A program made the translations under genes and the position numbers. This document shows, piece after piece, positions 33,551 through 43,194 of a stretch of DNA of 64,000 nt. Source of the DNA: Candidatus Woesearchaeota archaeon (GTDB lineage Archaea; Nanobdellota; Nanobdellia; Woesearchaeales; GW2011-AR4); contig JACOZN010000010.1 of the NCBI GenBank assembly GCA_016181305.1, positions 66,814 to 130,813 of the forward strand, given 5' to 3'. Below the pieces are notes generated by a model, which worked only from the letters and a program-made list of their open reading frames with translations, made no database searches and was not told where the DNA came from. Each line of letters opens with the position of its first letter. Position 1 is the first letter of the stretch.

Positions 33551-35626
33551 TTAAACAACTTCAAATATTACAATTCCATTGTTGCCGAAAACCGGCTTGA
33601 ATTTTCCTGAGCTTATGAAGTCGCGTACTTTTTCATTTGTTGCATTAATGCCGAATTTTCTTGATGCCTGCCCGTCGATAACTATGTACCTGTATTTTTC
33701 TTTTTTAAGCCACTCGTAGCTTTGCCCGGCAGTCTCGTTAAAGCTGCTGCGCTGGTAAACTCTGACATTTTCGCACCAATGGCACGTAAACTTGTCCATG
33801 CCTACAACCACAGCATTGTTTGAAAACGTGAAGACTTTTGCTCCTGAAGGCAGGTTGTCTTTAATCCATACATAGCCCTGTATTTCTTCAGCTGACGTCC
33901 AGAAAGCCCCGGCCGGCCATCGCTCATCGGTATTGACTGCATATTTTTGGACAAAGGAAGTCATTATAACGCCGTATGCGGCCAGCGCTACCACAGCCAG
34001 AGATACAAAAGCCAGGATTCTGCCTGATTTGACAAAGCTGCCGGCAAGGTTCCTTGCAAGCCCTGCAATCATGCTCATACCCTCGCCTGCCAGCAGGGAG
34101 GCAGGCACTGCGAGCAGCGACCATGCCCTAAAAGGTGACAGCTTGTAATAAAAAGGACCTGCATTGACGGCGTAGAAGCTGAAAATAAACCACAATAAAA
34201 CCACTATCAAGTGCTTTTCCCTGAATTCCGCTTTTTTATAGCTGATTATGGCTAATAGTGTAAAAACAAACAAGGATATTAACAGGATAAAAACCATGAA
34301 TCTCTGGTCTGAAAGGAACTCCAAAAACGGGACAGTGCCCCTTTCAAGCGATTGAACATCCTTTTTCTCGACAAACTTCACATAATTCTGGGAAAGGAAA
34401 AACAGCAATATGCCGCTTATGATAAGAAATGCCGCTAAGACCATGGCTTTATTTTTTTTGAGCTCCCCATAGTATTTGCCAACCAGCAGCACAAGCGCGG
34501 CAAGTACAAGCAAAGAGAGCACAAGCCCTATCCCTATCGGGTTGTTTACCATATTGACGCTTTTTGCAAAAACAAAATCCGCCATCGTGTAAGCCCTGTC
34601 TCCGGTGCCAGGCGTTGTCAAAACAGTAGTTCCTGACAGCCCCAAACCGCTTAAAGTGCCCCCAAAGCCATGCTTCATTATCATCGGCAGCCACCACAGA
34701 ATAAAGGACAAAAGAAAGCCTGCAAGCGCGGCAGCAAGCCCGTAAATTAAAAATTTTTTCTCGGTTAAAACCTTTGCAGCGAGGTATATTACTAAAAAAA
34801 TACCGAAATAAGCACTATGAGAGGGCGATGAAGTTACAGTTGCCGCTATTGCTACTGCCGATATTACCCACCATCTTTTATCGTCTTTAACCTTTTCTAT
34901 TGAATAGAATGAAACAAAAAAAAGCGGCATTGTGATGGATATTGCCCATATAAAATGGCTTAGGTGGGCAGGCATGGAAAACATGGCAAAAGCCGCGAAC
35001 AATGCCGCCCTGGGGCTGTTTGTGAGGGCTCTTGCAAAAAAATAAAAAAAGATTATGCTCAATGACGCCAGAAGCGCGTTGAAAAACTTTAGTGTCCAGT
35101 AGACTGAGCTGTTTGTCTGGTGCATTATGCCCAAAAGCATGTCGTATGCAGGCGGGTAAGGGTCAGTATAGTGAAACCCAAAGGCGGTTTTCTCGAAGGC
35201 TGTTTTTTCAACAGCTATGTACTTGACTCCAAGGGCATGGCTCCATGAGTCATCATCCTCAAGATAAGGATATGAAAATGCGCCTTTTGCGTACATATAG
35301 AATGACATGAAAAACAGCACCAGGGCAATGGCAGAGAAAAGATTGATTGAAAATTTCGGAATCTTCAGAACATTTGCTTCTTTTTTGTAGCGGATATAAG
35401 CCCTCAGGCAGACAAGCAGAATGGATGCAAGCAGGTAAATCCTCCAGTCAATCGGTATTCTGAGAAGGTTCAGCAAAAGCCCGAGCGCAATCACAGCGCC
35501 TATGCCTATGCCGACCCTCATTATGTTCCTTTCAAGAAAATCCTCCGATTCCCTGGCTAGCAAGCCTAATCCAAAGCCAAAACTCCAGGTATATGCAAAA
35601 AATAGTATTATGCTAAGTACGTACAT
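33551..35626 (-). CDS. Large polytopic membrane protein, GT-C-type glycosyltransferase-like (ArnT/PMT/STT3-like architecture, family unresolved)
   Basis: More than 12 hydrophobic segments, an early loop 'YPYLEDDDSWSHALG' (acidic motif), and a C-terminal soluble domain. The track start at 35644 is TTG, and ATG 35626 fits a TATA box at about 35655-35665. Confidence 0.5.
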   Translation of the reverse strand: MYVLSIILFFAYTWSFGFGLGLLARESEDFLERNIMRVGIGIGAVIALGLLLNLLRIPIDWRIYLLASILLVCLRAYIRYKKEANVLKIPKFSINLFSAIALVLFFMSFYMYAKGAFSYPYLEDDDSWSHALGVKYIAVEKTAFEKTAFGFHYTDPYPPAYDMLLGIMHQTNSSVYWTLKFFNALLASLSIIFFYFFARALTNSPRAALFAAFAMFSMPAHLSHFIWAISITMPLFFVSFYSIEKVKDDKRWWVISAVAIAATVTSSPSHSAYFGIFLVIYLAAKVLTEKKFLIYGLAAALAGFLLSFILWWLPMIMKHGFGGTLSGLGLSGTTVLTTPGTGDRAYTMADFVFAKSVNMVNNPIGIGLVLSLLVLAALVLLVGKYYGELKKNKAMVLAAFLIISGILLFFLSQNYVKFVEKKDVQSLERGTVPFLEFLSDQRFMVFILLISLFVFTLLAIISYKKAEFREKHLIVVLLWFIFSFYAVNAGPFYYKLSPFRAWSLLAVPASLLAGEGMSMIAGLARNLAGSFVKSGRILAFVSLAVVALAAYGVIMTSFVQKYAVNTDERWPAGAFWTSAEEIQGYVWIKDNLPSGAKVFTFSNNAVVVGMDKFTCHWCENVRVYQRSSFNETAGQSYEWLKKEKYRYIVIDGQASRKFGINATNEKVRDFISSGKFKPVFGNNGIVIFEVV

Positions 35627-35698
35627 TAACTTCCCCTGCTTCAAAAAATGACATGTATATAAAAAGCTTGCCCATCAGCGTGTTCTTATAGCAAGGTA

Positions 35699-35706
35699 TT
35701 TAAATA
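35699..35706 (+). promoter_or_regulatory. TATA box TTTAAATA (within the palindrome TATTTAAATA) for the GT2 gene
   Basis: It ends 21 nt upstream of ATG 35727. Confidence 0.55.
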
Positions 35707-35726
35707 GTCTGCTGTTTGTTTGGTAT

Positions 35727-36608
35727 ATGAAAATCGTTGTTACCGTACCTGCGTATAATGAATCAGGCAGCATTGGAAAAGTCATAAATGACATAAGGAA
35801 AGTCATGAATTCAAACAAATATGACTATAGGGTACTTGTTGTGGATGACGGAAGCACCGACAGGACGGCAGAGGCTGCAAGAAAAAGCGGAGCAATTGCC
35901 TATTCCCACCCAAAAAATTACGGGCTGGCTGAAACTTTTATAACCGAGATAAAGAAATGCCTTGAACTTAAGGCAGACGTAATTGTGCATATAGATGCTG
36001 ACGGGCAGTACCTCCCAAGCGAGATACCAAATCTGGTAAGCGAGATAAAAAAGGGCTATGACCTGGTGCTTGGAAGCAGGTTTAAAGGCGAGATAGAGTC
36101 TATGCCTCTCGTTAAAAGGATTGGAAATATCGCTTTTTCCAAGGTTGTGTCCCAGATTACAAACATGAAGATTACAGATGCGCAGACCGGGTTCAGGGCG
36201 TTCACAAGCGAGCTGGCAAAAAGCGTCAATATAAGGTCCAAGCATACGTACACCCAGGAGCAGATAATAAGGGCAGTGATGCAGAAGTTCAGAATAAAGG
36301 AAGTTCCTGTCTATTTCAGGAAAAGGAGCGGCAAAAGCAGGCTGATAAAAAATACTTTTGGCTATGCTGCAAGGGCATGGATAAACATCATCAGGATTTA
36401 CAGGGACTACGAGCCGTTAAAATTTTTCGGGCTGTTGGGCTCTTTTATATTCTCAATAGGGTTTCTCATAGGATTGTATCTGGTGTACCTTCATTTCACA
36501 AGCGGAATAGTGGGGCATTTTGCCTTGCTCATGCTCGATGTCCTGATTCTGAGCATAGGGCTGCAGATAACAATATTCGGGTTTTTGGCTGACATGGAAA
36601 AAAGATAG
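35727..36608 (+). CDS. GT2 polyprenyl/dolichyl-phosphate sugar synthase-like glycosyltransferase (Dpm1/GtrB/AglK-like) with C-terminal TM helices
   Basis: 'IVVTVPAYNESGSIGKVI', 'VLVVDDGSTDRT', 'HIDADGQY' and 'TDAQTGFRAF', plus a C-terminal hydrophobic pair. Confidence 0.75.
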   Translation: MKIVVTVPAYNESGSIGKVINDIRKVMNSNKYDYRVLVVDDGSTDRTAEAARKSGAIAYSHPKNYGLAETFITEIKKCLELKADVIVHIDADGQYLPSEIPNLVSEIKKGYDLVLGSRFKGEIESMPLVKRIGNIAFSKVVSQITNMKITDAQTGFRAFTSELAKSVNIRSKHTYTQEQIIRAVMQKFRIKEVPVYFRKRSGKSRLIKNTFGYAARAWINIIRIYRDYEPLKFFGLLGSFIFSIGFLIGLYLVYLHFTSGIVGHFALLMLDVLILSIGLQITIFGFLADMEKR

Positions 36609-36677
36609 AAATTTTGAGAGCACTAGCATTTACAGAAAATAAAAATACTTAAAAACAGGCATTTGTTTCTATACCAA

Positions 36678-37769
36678 ATGAAGATACTTGTGTTTACAAG
36701 CAGGTACACTGCAGGCAGGGACATAATAAGCGAGGATTTCGGAAGGCAGGTCAGGATATTTGAGCAGCTGGGGAAGCTCGGGCACAAAATAGACTTTTTC
36801 TGCGTTGACTACAAGAGGCTTGAAAACAAAAGCTTGTATTTGCATGGCATGAGGATTTTCATAAAGCCTTTCAAGCCGTTAAAATTTTTTAGCCTGTTGT
36901 CTGAATTAAGAAAAACCATGAAATCCAATAATTATGATATTCTTATAGCCACTTCTGACCCCTTATGGGGCGTTATAGGTTATTTTATGTCAAAGAAGCG
37001 CGGAATAAAGTTTGTATATGATGTCCAGGACAACTACAGGCTTTACGAAAGCTACAGGATTCCTTTTTTCGGGCTGTTTGAGAGGCATGCCGCGAGAAAT
37101 GCCGACTTGGTCATATGCGCAAGCAATGCGCTCACAGACGATGTGAAAGGCATTAGGAAGAAAAAAACTATAACAATACCTAATGGCGTTGACATGGGGG
37201 TTTTCAAGCCGCTGGACAAAGCCAACTCCAGAAAAATGCTGAAACTGCCTCTTGATGCAAAAATAATATCATACATGGGCTCTATACAAAAGCTGCACGG
37301 AGTTGACATCCTAATAAAAACATTTGAAGAGCTGAGAAAAGATGTGAAAGGGGCAAGGCTTATGCTTGCCGGAAAAGTGATAAATGCAAATGAGGGTTTT
37401 GACTTGAGAAAAAAATATATCATATACCTTGGCTCACTGCCGCAGAAAAAGGTTGTCTCTGCAATCAATGCCACTGACGTTGTTGTAATACCATACCCCA
37501 ACAACAGCTTTACAAGGTATATGCAGGCTCCCTACAAGCTGATGGAGTTCATGGCGTGCAATGTGCCCCTTGTTATTACAGATGCAGGGGAGATGCACAA
37601 GAGCATGAAAGACAAAAAGCTGGTTGCAAAAGCAGGAAGCATTGACGATTTAAAGGAGAAAATAAAGTACGCGCTTAGACTGAAGAAACTCAATTCCAGA
37701 GATGTGGCGGCTGAGTACGACTGGGAGAATATAGCATCTAAATTGAATGCTGTGATAAGGGATATGTAA
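36678..37769 (+). CDS. GT4-family (GT-B) glycosyltransferase
   Basis: 'MKILVFTSRY...', with a C-terminal half carrying 'ISYMGSIQKLHGVDILI' and 'EFMACNVPLVITDAGEM' (E-x7-E-like region). The track start at 36663 is TTG. Confidence 0.7.
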   Translation: MKILVFTSRYTAGRDIISEDFGRQVRIFEQLGKLGHKIDFFCVDYKRLENKSLYLHGMRIFIKPFKPLKFFSLLSELRKTMKSNNYDILIATSDPLWGVIGYFMSKKRGIKFVYDVQDNYRLYESYRIPFFGLFERHAARNADLVICASNALTDDVKGIRKKKTITIPNGVDMGVFKPLDKANSRKMLKLPLDAKIISYMGSIQKLHGVDILIKTFEELRKDVKGARLMLAGKVINANEGFDLRKKYIIYLGSLPQKKVVSAINATDVVVIPYPNNSFTRYMQAPYKLMEFMACNVPLVITDAGEMHKSMKDKKLVAKAGSIDDLKEKIKYALRLKKLNSRDVAAEYDWENIASKLNAVIRDM

Positions 37770-37827
37770 TAGTTACTTATTTTAATCAAAACAATAAGTT
37801 TTATAAGCCACTATATAATTCTGGAAA

Positions 37828-38868
37828 ATGATTAAATTGGCAAATATAGGCGTCATTGGATGCGGCTACTGGGGGCCGAACCTGATCAGGAATTTCAGCC
37901 AGATAAAGGACTGCAAAGTTTTATGGTGCGCTGACCTGAGGGATGAAAGGCTGCAGCATATAAAAGAGGCTTACCCAAGCGTGCAGACAACGAAAAGCTA
38001 TATGGATATCATCAATGACAAAAATGTTGATGCTGTTGCAATTGCAACTCCTGTATCATTGCATTTTGGGCAGGCAAAAAAGGCACTGGAAAGCGGCAAG
38101 CATGTTCTTGTTGAAAAGCCAATCACAAGCAATTCAAAAGATGCTGAAGAATTAATCAGAATAGCAGAAAAAAGCAAGAAAATTCTAATGGTGGACCATA
38201 CTTTCGAGTACTCGCCTGCTGTAAACAAAATAAAGGAGATAATTGACTCAAATGAGCTTGGAAAAATATTCACGATAGACATGATAAGAGTTAATCTTGG
38301 ACTTTTCCAGAAGGACATAAATGTTGTTTGGGATTTGGCGCCGCATGACATTTCCATATTGCTTTTTCTGCTGAGGAAAATGCCTCTCAGCGTCAGGGCT
38401 GACGGCGTTGATTTTGTGCAGAAAGGAATTGAGGATGATGCGCATCTGGCTTTGAAGTTTCCAGACAAGGTTATGGCGCACATGCACGTAAGCTGGCTTG
38501 ACCCATTAAAGATAAGAAAAGTTACAATTGTGGGCAACAGGAAAATGCTTGTTTATGACGACACTGCCCAAAATGAAAAGATAAAGATTTATGACAAAGG
38601 TGTTAATCTGGAGAAGAACAGCCTGCCAAGGGACGAATACTACAGCACATGGGAAGGATTTAAGCTTGTGTACAGGAGCGGAGATGTCAACATACCGAGA
38701 ATCGAGGAGAAAGAGCCATTAAGCATAATGTGCAGGCACTTCATTGACTGCATAAAAACTGGAAAAAAGCCGATAAGCAACGGCAATTCAGGCTTGAATG
38801 TAATAAGGGTTATAGAAGCGATGCAGGAATCGCTGAAAAACAACGGCGCAGAGGTTCATTTGAAATGA
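37828..38868 (+). CDS. Gfo/Idh/MocA-family NAD-dependent sugar-nucleotide dehydrogenase (WbpB-like)
   Basis: '[17 protein letters not shown]' and 'HVLVEKPIT'. It is the first gene of an ATGA-coupled four-gene operon. Confidence 0.75.
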   Translation: MIKLANIGVIGCGYWGPNLIRNFSQIKDCKVLWCADLRDERLQHIKEAYPSVQTTKSYMDIINDKNVDAVAIATPVSLHFGQAKKALESGKHVLVEKPITSNSKDAEELIRIAEKSKKILMVDHTFEYSPAVNKIKEIIDSNELGKIFTIDMIRVNLGLFQKDINVVWDLAPHDISILLFLLRKMPLSVRADGVDFVQKGIEDDAHLALKFPDKVMAHMHVSWLDPLKIRKVTIVGNRKMLVYDDTAQNEKIKIYDKGVNLEKNSLPRDEYYSTWEGFKLVYRSGDVNIPRIEEKEPLSIMCRHFIDCIKTGKKPISNGNSGLNVIRVIEAMQESLKNNGAEVHLK

Positions 38869-39344
38869 AAAATCAAATCATCAGCAATGTAAAGCTCGGG
38901 AAAAATGTCATGATATACAATTTTGTGAACATATACGGCTGCGAGATAGGCAACAACACAAAAGTAGGCAGTTTTGTTGAAATAAGGGACGGGGTTAAAA
39001 TAGGGAAAAACTGCAAGATACAGGCGTTTGCATTTCTGCCGCAGGGCGTCATTCTCGAAGACGAGGTTTTCATAGGGCCGCATGCATGCTTTGTCAATGA
39101 CAAAGTCCCAAGGGCCACGACAGGCGGAAGGCTAAAGGAAATCGGGAAGGACTGGAAGCCCTTGGCTACAATAGTCAAAAAAGGCGCTTCCATAGGCGCA
39201 AACGCGACAATACTCGGAGGTATCACTATAGGAAGAAATTCAATTGTTGGCGCTGGCGCTGTCGTGACTAAGGATGTTCCTGACAATTCCATAGTCGCTG
39301 GAAATCCTGCAAGAGTCATAGGCAGAGTAAAAGATATAAAATGA
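38865..39344 (+). CDS. Left-handed beta-helix (hexapeptide-repeat) N-acetyltransferase (WbpD/WlbB-like)
   Basis: Repeated [LIV]G-x4 hexapeptides ('[45 protein letters not shown]') and '[17 protein letters not shown]'. Confidence 0.75.
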   Translation: MKNQIISNVKLGKNVMIYNFVNIYGCEIGNNTKVGSFVEIRDGVKIGKNCKIQAFAFLPQGVILEDEVFIGPHACFVNDKVPRATTGGRLKEIGKDWKPLATIVKKGASIGANATILGGITIGRNSIVGAGAVVTKDVPDNSIVAGNPARVIGRVKDIK

Positions 39345-40435
39345 TAAAATTTGTTGATTTGGAAGCGCAATACAGCTCGATAAAAAATGACATAGACAAT
39401 GCAATAGGCAAAGTTCTTGAGTCAACAAATTTTATACTCGGCGAAAATGTCAGGGAGTTTGAAAATGAGTTTGCATCTTTCTGCAATGAAAAATACTCTG
39501 TAGGGGTTAATTCAGGCACGTCTGCCTTGCATCTTGCGCTGCTTGCAAAAGGAGTAGGCAAAGGTGACGAGGTTGTAACAACCGCAAATACTTTTATAGC
39601 AACTTGCGAGGCAATATCCTATGCAGGGGCTATCTCAAGGCTGATTGACATAGAGCCAGACACTTACAACATGGACCCAAAAAAGCTTGAAAAGGCTGTA
39701 ACTGCAAGAACAAAGGCTATAATTCCTGTGCATCTTTACGGGCAGCCGGCAAATATAAAGGAAATTATGGAAATAGCAAAAAAGCACAATATTGCTGTGA
39801 TTGAGGATGCGTGCCAAGCCCACGGTGCAGAGCATCACGGCAAAAAAGTGCCGGTATCAGGAATCGGGTGCTTCAGCTTTTATCCGGGCAAAAACTTGGG
39901 CGCTTATGGGGAAGGCGGCATGATTGTAAGCAATGACAGGGAATTTGATGAGAAACTAAGGGCTTACAGGGACCATGGACAGACTAAAAAGAATGTCCAT
40001 AAATATATTGGCTACAATTACAGGCTTGAGGAAGTCCAGGCTGCCATTTTAAGGGTTAAATTAAGGCATCTTGCCAAATGGACTGATATGAGGAGGAAAA
40101 ATGCGCTGCTGTACAATGAGATGCTTGAAGGCTGCGATATTGCAACGCCTGTTGAAAAAAAATATAACAAGCACGTCTATCATCTGTATGTGGTAAGGGC
40201 TAAAAACAGGCAAAGGCTGGCTGAGCACCTAAGCTCGAGAGAAATACAAACGGGAGTTCATTACCCAACTCCAATACACCTGCAAGAGGCATACTCGCAT
40301 CTAGGCTATAAAAAAGGCGGCTTCCCTGTTGCAGAGCAGTACGCAGATGAAATACTTTCTTTGCCGATGTTTCCGGAGCTTACAGAAGAACAAATAAGCC
40401 ATGTGTCAAAAAGCATAAGGGACTTTCTAAAATGA
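39341..40435 (+). CDS. DegT-family PLP-dependent sugar aminotransferase (WbpE-like)
   Basis: '[15 protein letters not shown]', '[35 protein letters not shown]', 'PVHLYGQPA' and '[18 protein letters not shown]'. Confidence 0.85.
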   Translation: MIKFVDLEAQYSSIKNDIDNAIGKVLESTNFILGENVREFENEFASFCNEKYSVGVNSGTSALHLALLAKGVGKGDEVVTTANTFIATCEAISYAGAISRLIDIEPDTYNMDPKKLEKAVTARTKAIIPVHLYGQPANIKEIMEIAKKHNIAVIEDACQAHGAEHHGKKVPVSGIGCFSFYPGKNLGAYGEGGMIVSNDREFDEKLRAYRDHGQTKKNVHKYIGYNYRLEEVQAAILRVKLRHLAKWTDMRRKNALLYNEMLEGCDIATPVEKKYNKHVYHLYVVRAKNRQRLAEHLSSREIQTGVHYPTPIHLQEAYSHLGYKKGGFPVAEQYADEILSLPMFPELTEEQISHVSKSIRDFLK

Positions 40436-41007
40436 TTGTAAGATTTATCATAAAACTCATAACAAAGCTTTTGTCTACCGGGTATTTTTTAAGGCTGTTG
40501 TTTAATGTCGACATTGGCGAAAACAAGATGAACTTTCAGAGCGGATTTGCTTCGCTTTTGATGAAAAAAGCCATCAAAAAATATGTTAGAAAGGGCGAGA
40601 GGGTGCTTGACATAGGCACCGGCCCGTATGCCATCCACAGCATCTGGATGAGGAAAAACATGGATATTGATGCGGTTGCAACAGACATCAATGATGAATA
40701 CATAAAAAATGCCGTGAAAGTTATGGCCATCAATAAAGTAAGTTTCAAAGTAATTAAAAGCGACTTATTTAAAAACATAAAGGGAAAATTTGAATGGGCA
40801 ATTTTTAACCCTCCTGATTACAGGCTGGTGGAGAGGCTGCTGGATGAGGCTCCTGCAAATATCAAATTAATACTCTCGATGAATCTTTTCTACATAAACC
40901 GCAGGAAAGCTGAAGGAATAATAAGAAACAGCAATTACAAAGTTATTGATATCATGGCAGAGTTTCTTAACCCAGCCAAGGTTTTCATACTGGAAAAAAA
41001 ATCATAG
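40432..41007 (+). CDS. Small class I SAM methyltransferase with an (N/D)PP-type motif IV (amino-group methyltransferase-like)
   Basis: 'VLDIGTGPYAIHSIW', 'ATDIN' and 'AIFNPPDY'. The start is coupled by ATGA to the aminotransferase stop. Confidence 0.6.
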   Translation: MIVRFIIKLITKLLSTGYFLRLLFNVDIGENKMNFQSGFASLLMKKAIKKYVRKGERVLDIGTGPYAIHSIWMRKNMDIDAVATDINDEYIKNAVKVMAINKVSFKVIKSDLFKNIKGKFEWAIFNPPDYRLVERLLDEAPANIKLILSMNLFYINRRKAEGIIRNSNYKVIDIMAEFLNPAKVFILEKKS

Positions 41008-43194
41008 TATCCTTATGTGCTTTGCATTTGACGGCACATTATACATGAATATATTCCTCCCAACTGGCTTGAATTCTACATCATGGTAGTCCTTTTCGTC
41101 CAGCGTGAATTGAATCTTCCTGATTTTCTTGTTTATATTATGGATTAAGGTTATTTCAGTGAAAAAATCAGGAGAAAGATTATTTATAAACTCAATTATG
41201 AATTCTTTGCCCTGCTTTTTAACTCTGCCGATTGTCATATTCTCCCTGCACTTGTAGTATTTTATTATATCGTCTGCGCCTGCAAACCAAATGTCGCTAT
41301 GCTTTTCAAAAAAACTGAACATGTCCCTGACATATTGCGGGCATTCCGCGTTATAATCCGGGACATGCCCTGATATAAGCATGTAGTCCGAGCCGTTGTT
41401 GTATCTCTTGATGAATTCTTCCCTGATTTTGCGGCAGTTGCCCTTGTCAAAAAACTCGCCAACACATATTCCCCAGAAAAGCCTTGAAGGAAGAAAAAAA
41501 TCAATCGGGGCATTCGGCACAGGCCAGTGCCTTATCCATTGCAGATTCTCAGATGCTGAAAATGCAGCCTTTTCCATAGTACCATTTCCGGTGGCAAGCC
41601 CATACGGGGATGCATAAGAAAATATATGGGACAAAGGCGTTTGGCATTTCCATTTATCCTTCCAGACTTTCTCTGATTTTTCGATCTCGTTTATTATTTC
41701 CGCTGAATTAAGCCTGTAAATTCTTGGGTGCGTATTGGTATGCGGCAGATACGAAAAATTCTCATTTTCAAACTTTTTCCTTAACGGCTTTCCAATCCCG
41801 AACAAGCAAAGCAAAGTGCTTAACAGCGTGGAAATTTTTGGATATTTTTTCAGGCAGAATATTTTATTCCCAACATAGCAGAACCTGTGGTAATTAATCC
41901 CGTATAATGTCCTTGTTGCTATGGCTATCTGCGCCCATTTTGGCAGTTTTCCCTCTGCCCTGTAAAGATAGTCGTTAATCTTGGCGTCGTCGGTAATTGC
42001 ATTGAACGCCATTTTTTTGTTGTACTTCCACCTTGCTATGAAGGCGTTTGACACCGGCTCGCTGCCCATGTGCAAAATGCTTTGTATCTTTGGCTGGTAA
42101 GATAATGCAGATGCTATGCTTTCAATATTTTCCTTTGAACTGCTGAGGCACATGCCTATTCTCCAATACGCCCTAAGCGAATGAGGCGGGAAACAGCCCT
42201 GCGGCTTTCCCGTGGATTCTTTTTTGGATTTATCCAGCCAGTAAGGCTCTTTCGGCTCCGGCATGGAATGCCAGCATGCGCCGAAAAAATTTTTGCCTTT
42301 TTCTACATGGATGCCGTCATTCGGCAAAGCCATGTAAGGGCACATTGCAAAGAACAGGCTTCTGCCGTGGAAATATGCATAATAGGGGTGCTCCAAAGTC
42401 ATTATGCTGCTTTCTTCCATGGCATTGGTGTAAAATGCGCTTGCTGGCAGTTTGCCAGTGTAGTTTTCCATCCTGTACCACAGCAGAGGATCCAAAAAAT
42501 CAGCTTTAGAGCTGTCTAAATTTTTTGCCTCGTCAAATTTCAGCACAATCTCGGCTTTTGACATCAAAATTTTGCCGTCGGGGCTCCAGAAATAATGGGT
42601 TATTTCAAAAGGAAGAAAGCCTTGATTTTTGCATTTGTCACCTTCAATTTTCATTGCTCCTTCAATTTTTAATATCTTTAATATGCCCGAATCAGAGATA
42701 ATGTCAAATTTTGCGTCTTTCACGTCTTTTTGAAAAAATAGATCTCCTCCTGATGCTGCAAGGTGCAAAGGGCCGTATTCTTCATTATCTGCAGTGATTT
42801 TTTCTATGTAATAGCCGTTCTTGTTGAATAAGGCTGATATTTTCCCGGCGGAAACTGCTAAATGAGAATCATTCTCAAGCGAGACTGTCGTGTCCGGCTT
42901 CTGGCGCTGGCTCGGCTTGTTGGAGATTTTATAGACTACCTTTAGGTATTTAACATTCTCACTGTTTATTATGACAGCTATGTGGCTTTCATTTATATCA
43001 TTCAGGTAGCTGAATTTTTTAATGCAGCCTTTCTTATGAATCAAGTCAAACAGCAGCTTTCTGTTGCTGCTGTCAAGAACTTTTATGCTTCCGAAATCAA
43101 CATCATGGGGCAGCTTCAAGTCATCAAAACTGACAATCAGAACAGAGTTTTTGTTCAATGGGTGGGCATTTAATATTATGCTCTCTTCTTTCAT
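41002..43194 (-). CDS. Large two-part protein: unknown beta-rich N-terminal half + C-terminal NodB/CE4-like polysaccharide deacetylase-type domain
   Basis: 'MAFNAITDDA' (TFDDG-like), 'LPHTNTHP' (H-x3-H), 'ASPYGL' (xPYG) and 'MLISGHV' (LxH). I prefer ATG 43194, which gives an ATGA overlap with the upstream GT4 stop, over the track start at 43242. Confidence 0.5.
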   Translation of the reverse strand: MKEESIILNAHPLNKNSVLIVSFDDLKLPHDVDFGSIKVLDSSNRKLLFDLIHKKGCIKKFSYLNDINESHIAVIINSENVKYLKVVYKISNKPSQRQKPDTTVSLENDSHLAVSAGKISALFNKNGYYIEKITADNEEYGPLHLAASGGDLFFQKDVKDAKFDIISDSGILKILKIEGAMKIEGDKCKNQGFLPFEITHYFWSPDGKILMSKAEIVLKFDEAKNLDSSKADFLDPLLWYRMENYTGKLPASAFYTNAMEESSIMTLEHPYYAYFHGRSLFFAMCPYMALPNDGIHVEKGKNFFGACWHSMPEPKEPYWLDKSKKESTGKPQGCFPPHSLRAYWRIGMCLSSSKENIESIASALSYQPKIQSILHMGSEPVSNAFIARWKYNKKMAFNAITDDAKINDYLYRAEGKLPKWAQIAIATRTLYGINYHRFCYVGNKIFCLKKYPKISTLLSTLLCLFGIGKPLRKKFENENFSYLPHTNTHPRIYRLNSAEIINEIEKSEKVWKDKWKCQTPLSHIFSYASPYGLATGNGTMEKAAFSASENLQWIRHWPVPNAPIDFFLPSRLFWGICVGEFFDKGNCRKIREEFIKRYNNGSDYMLISGHVPDYNAECPQYVRDMFSFFEKHSDIWFAGADDIIKYYKCRENMTIGRVKKQGKEFIIEFINNLSPDFFTEITLIHNINKKIRKIQFTLDEKDYHDVEFKPVGRNIFMYNVPSNAKHIRIL

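Noticed and set aside
33551-35626. Oligosaccharyltransferase AglB/STT3
   Set aside because: No WWDxG-type motif was found on reading the sequence. Only a generic GT-C-like architecture can be supported.
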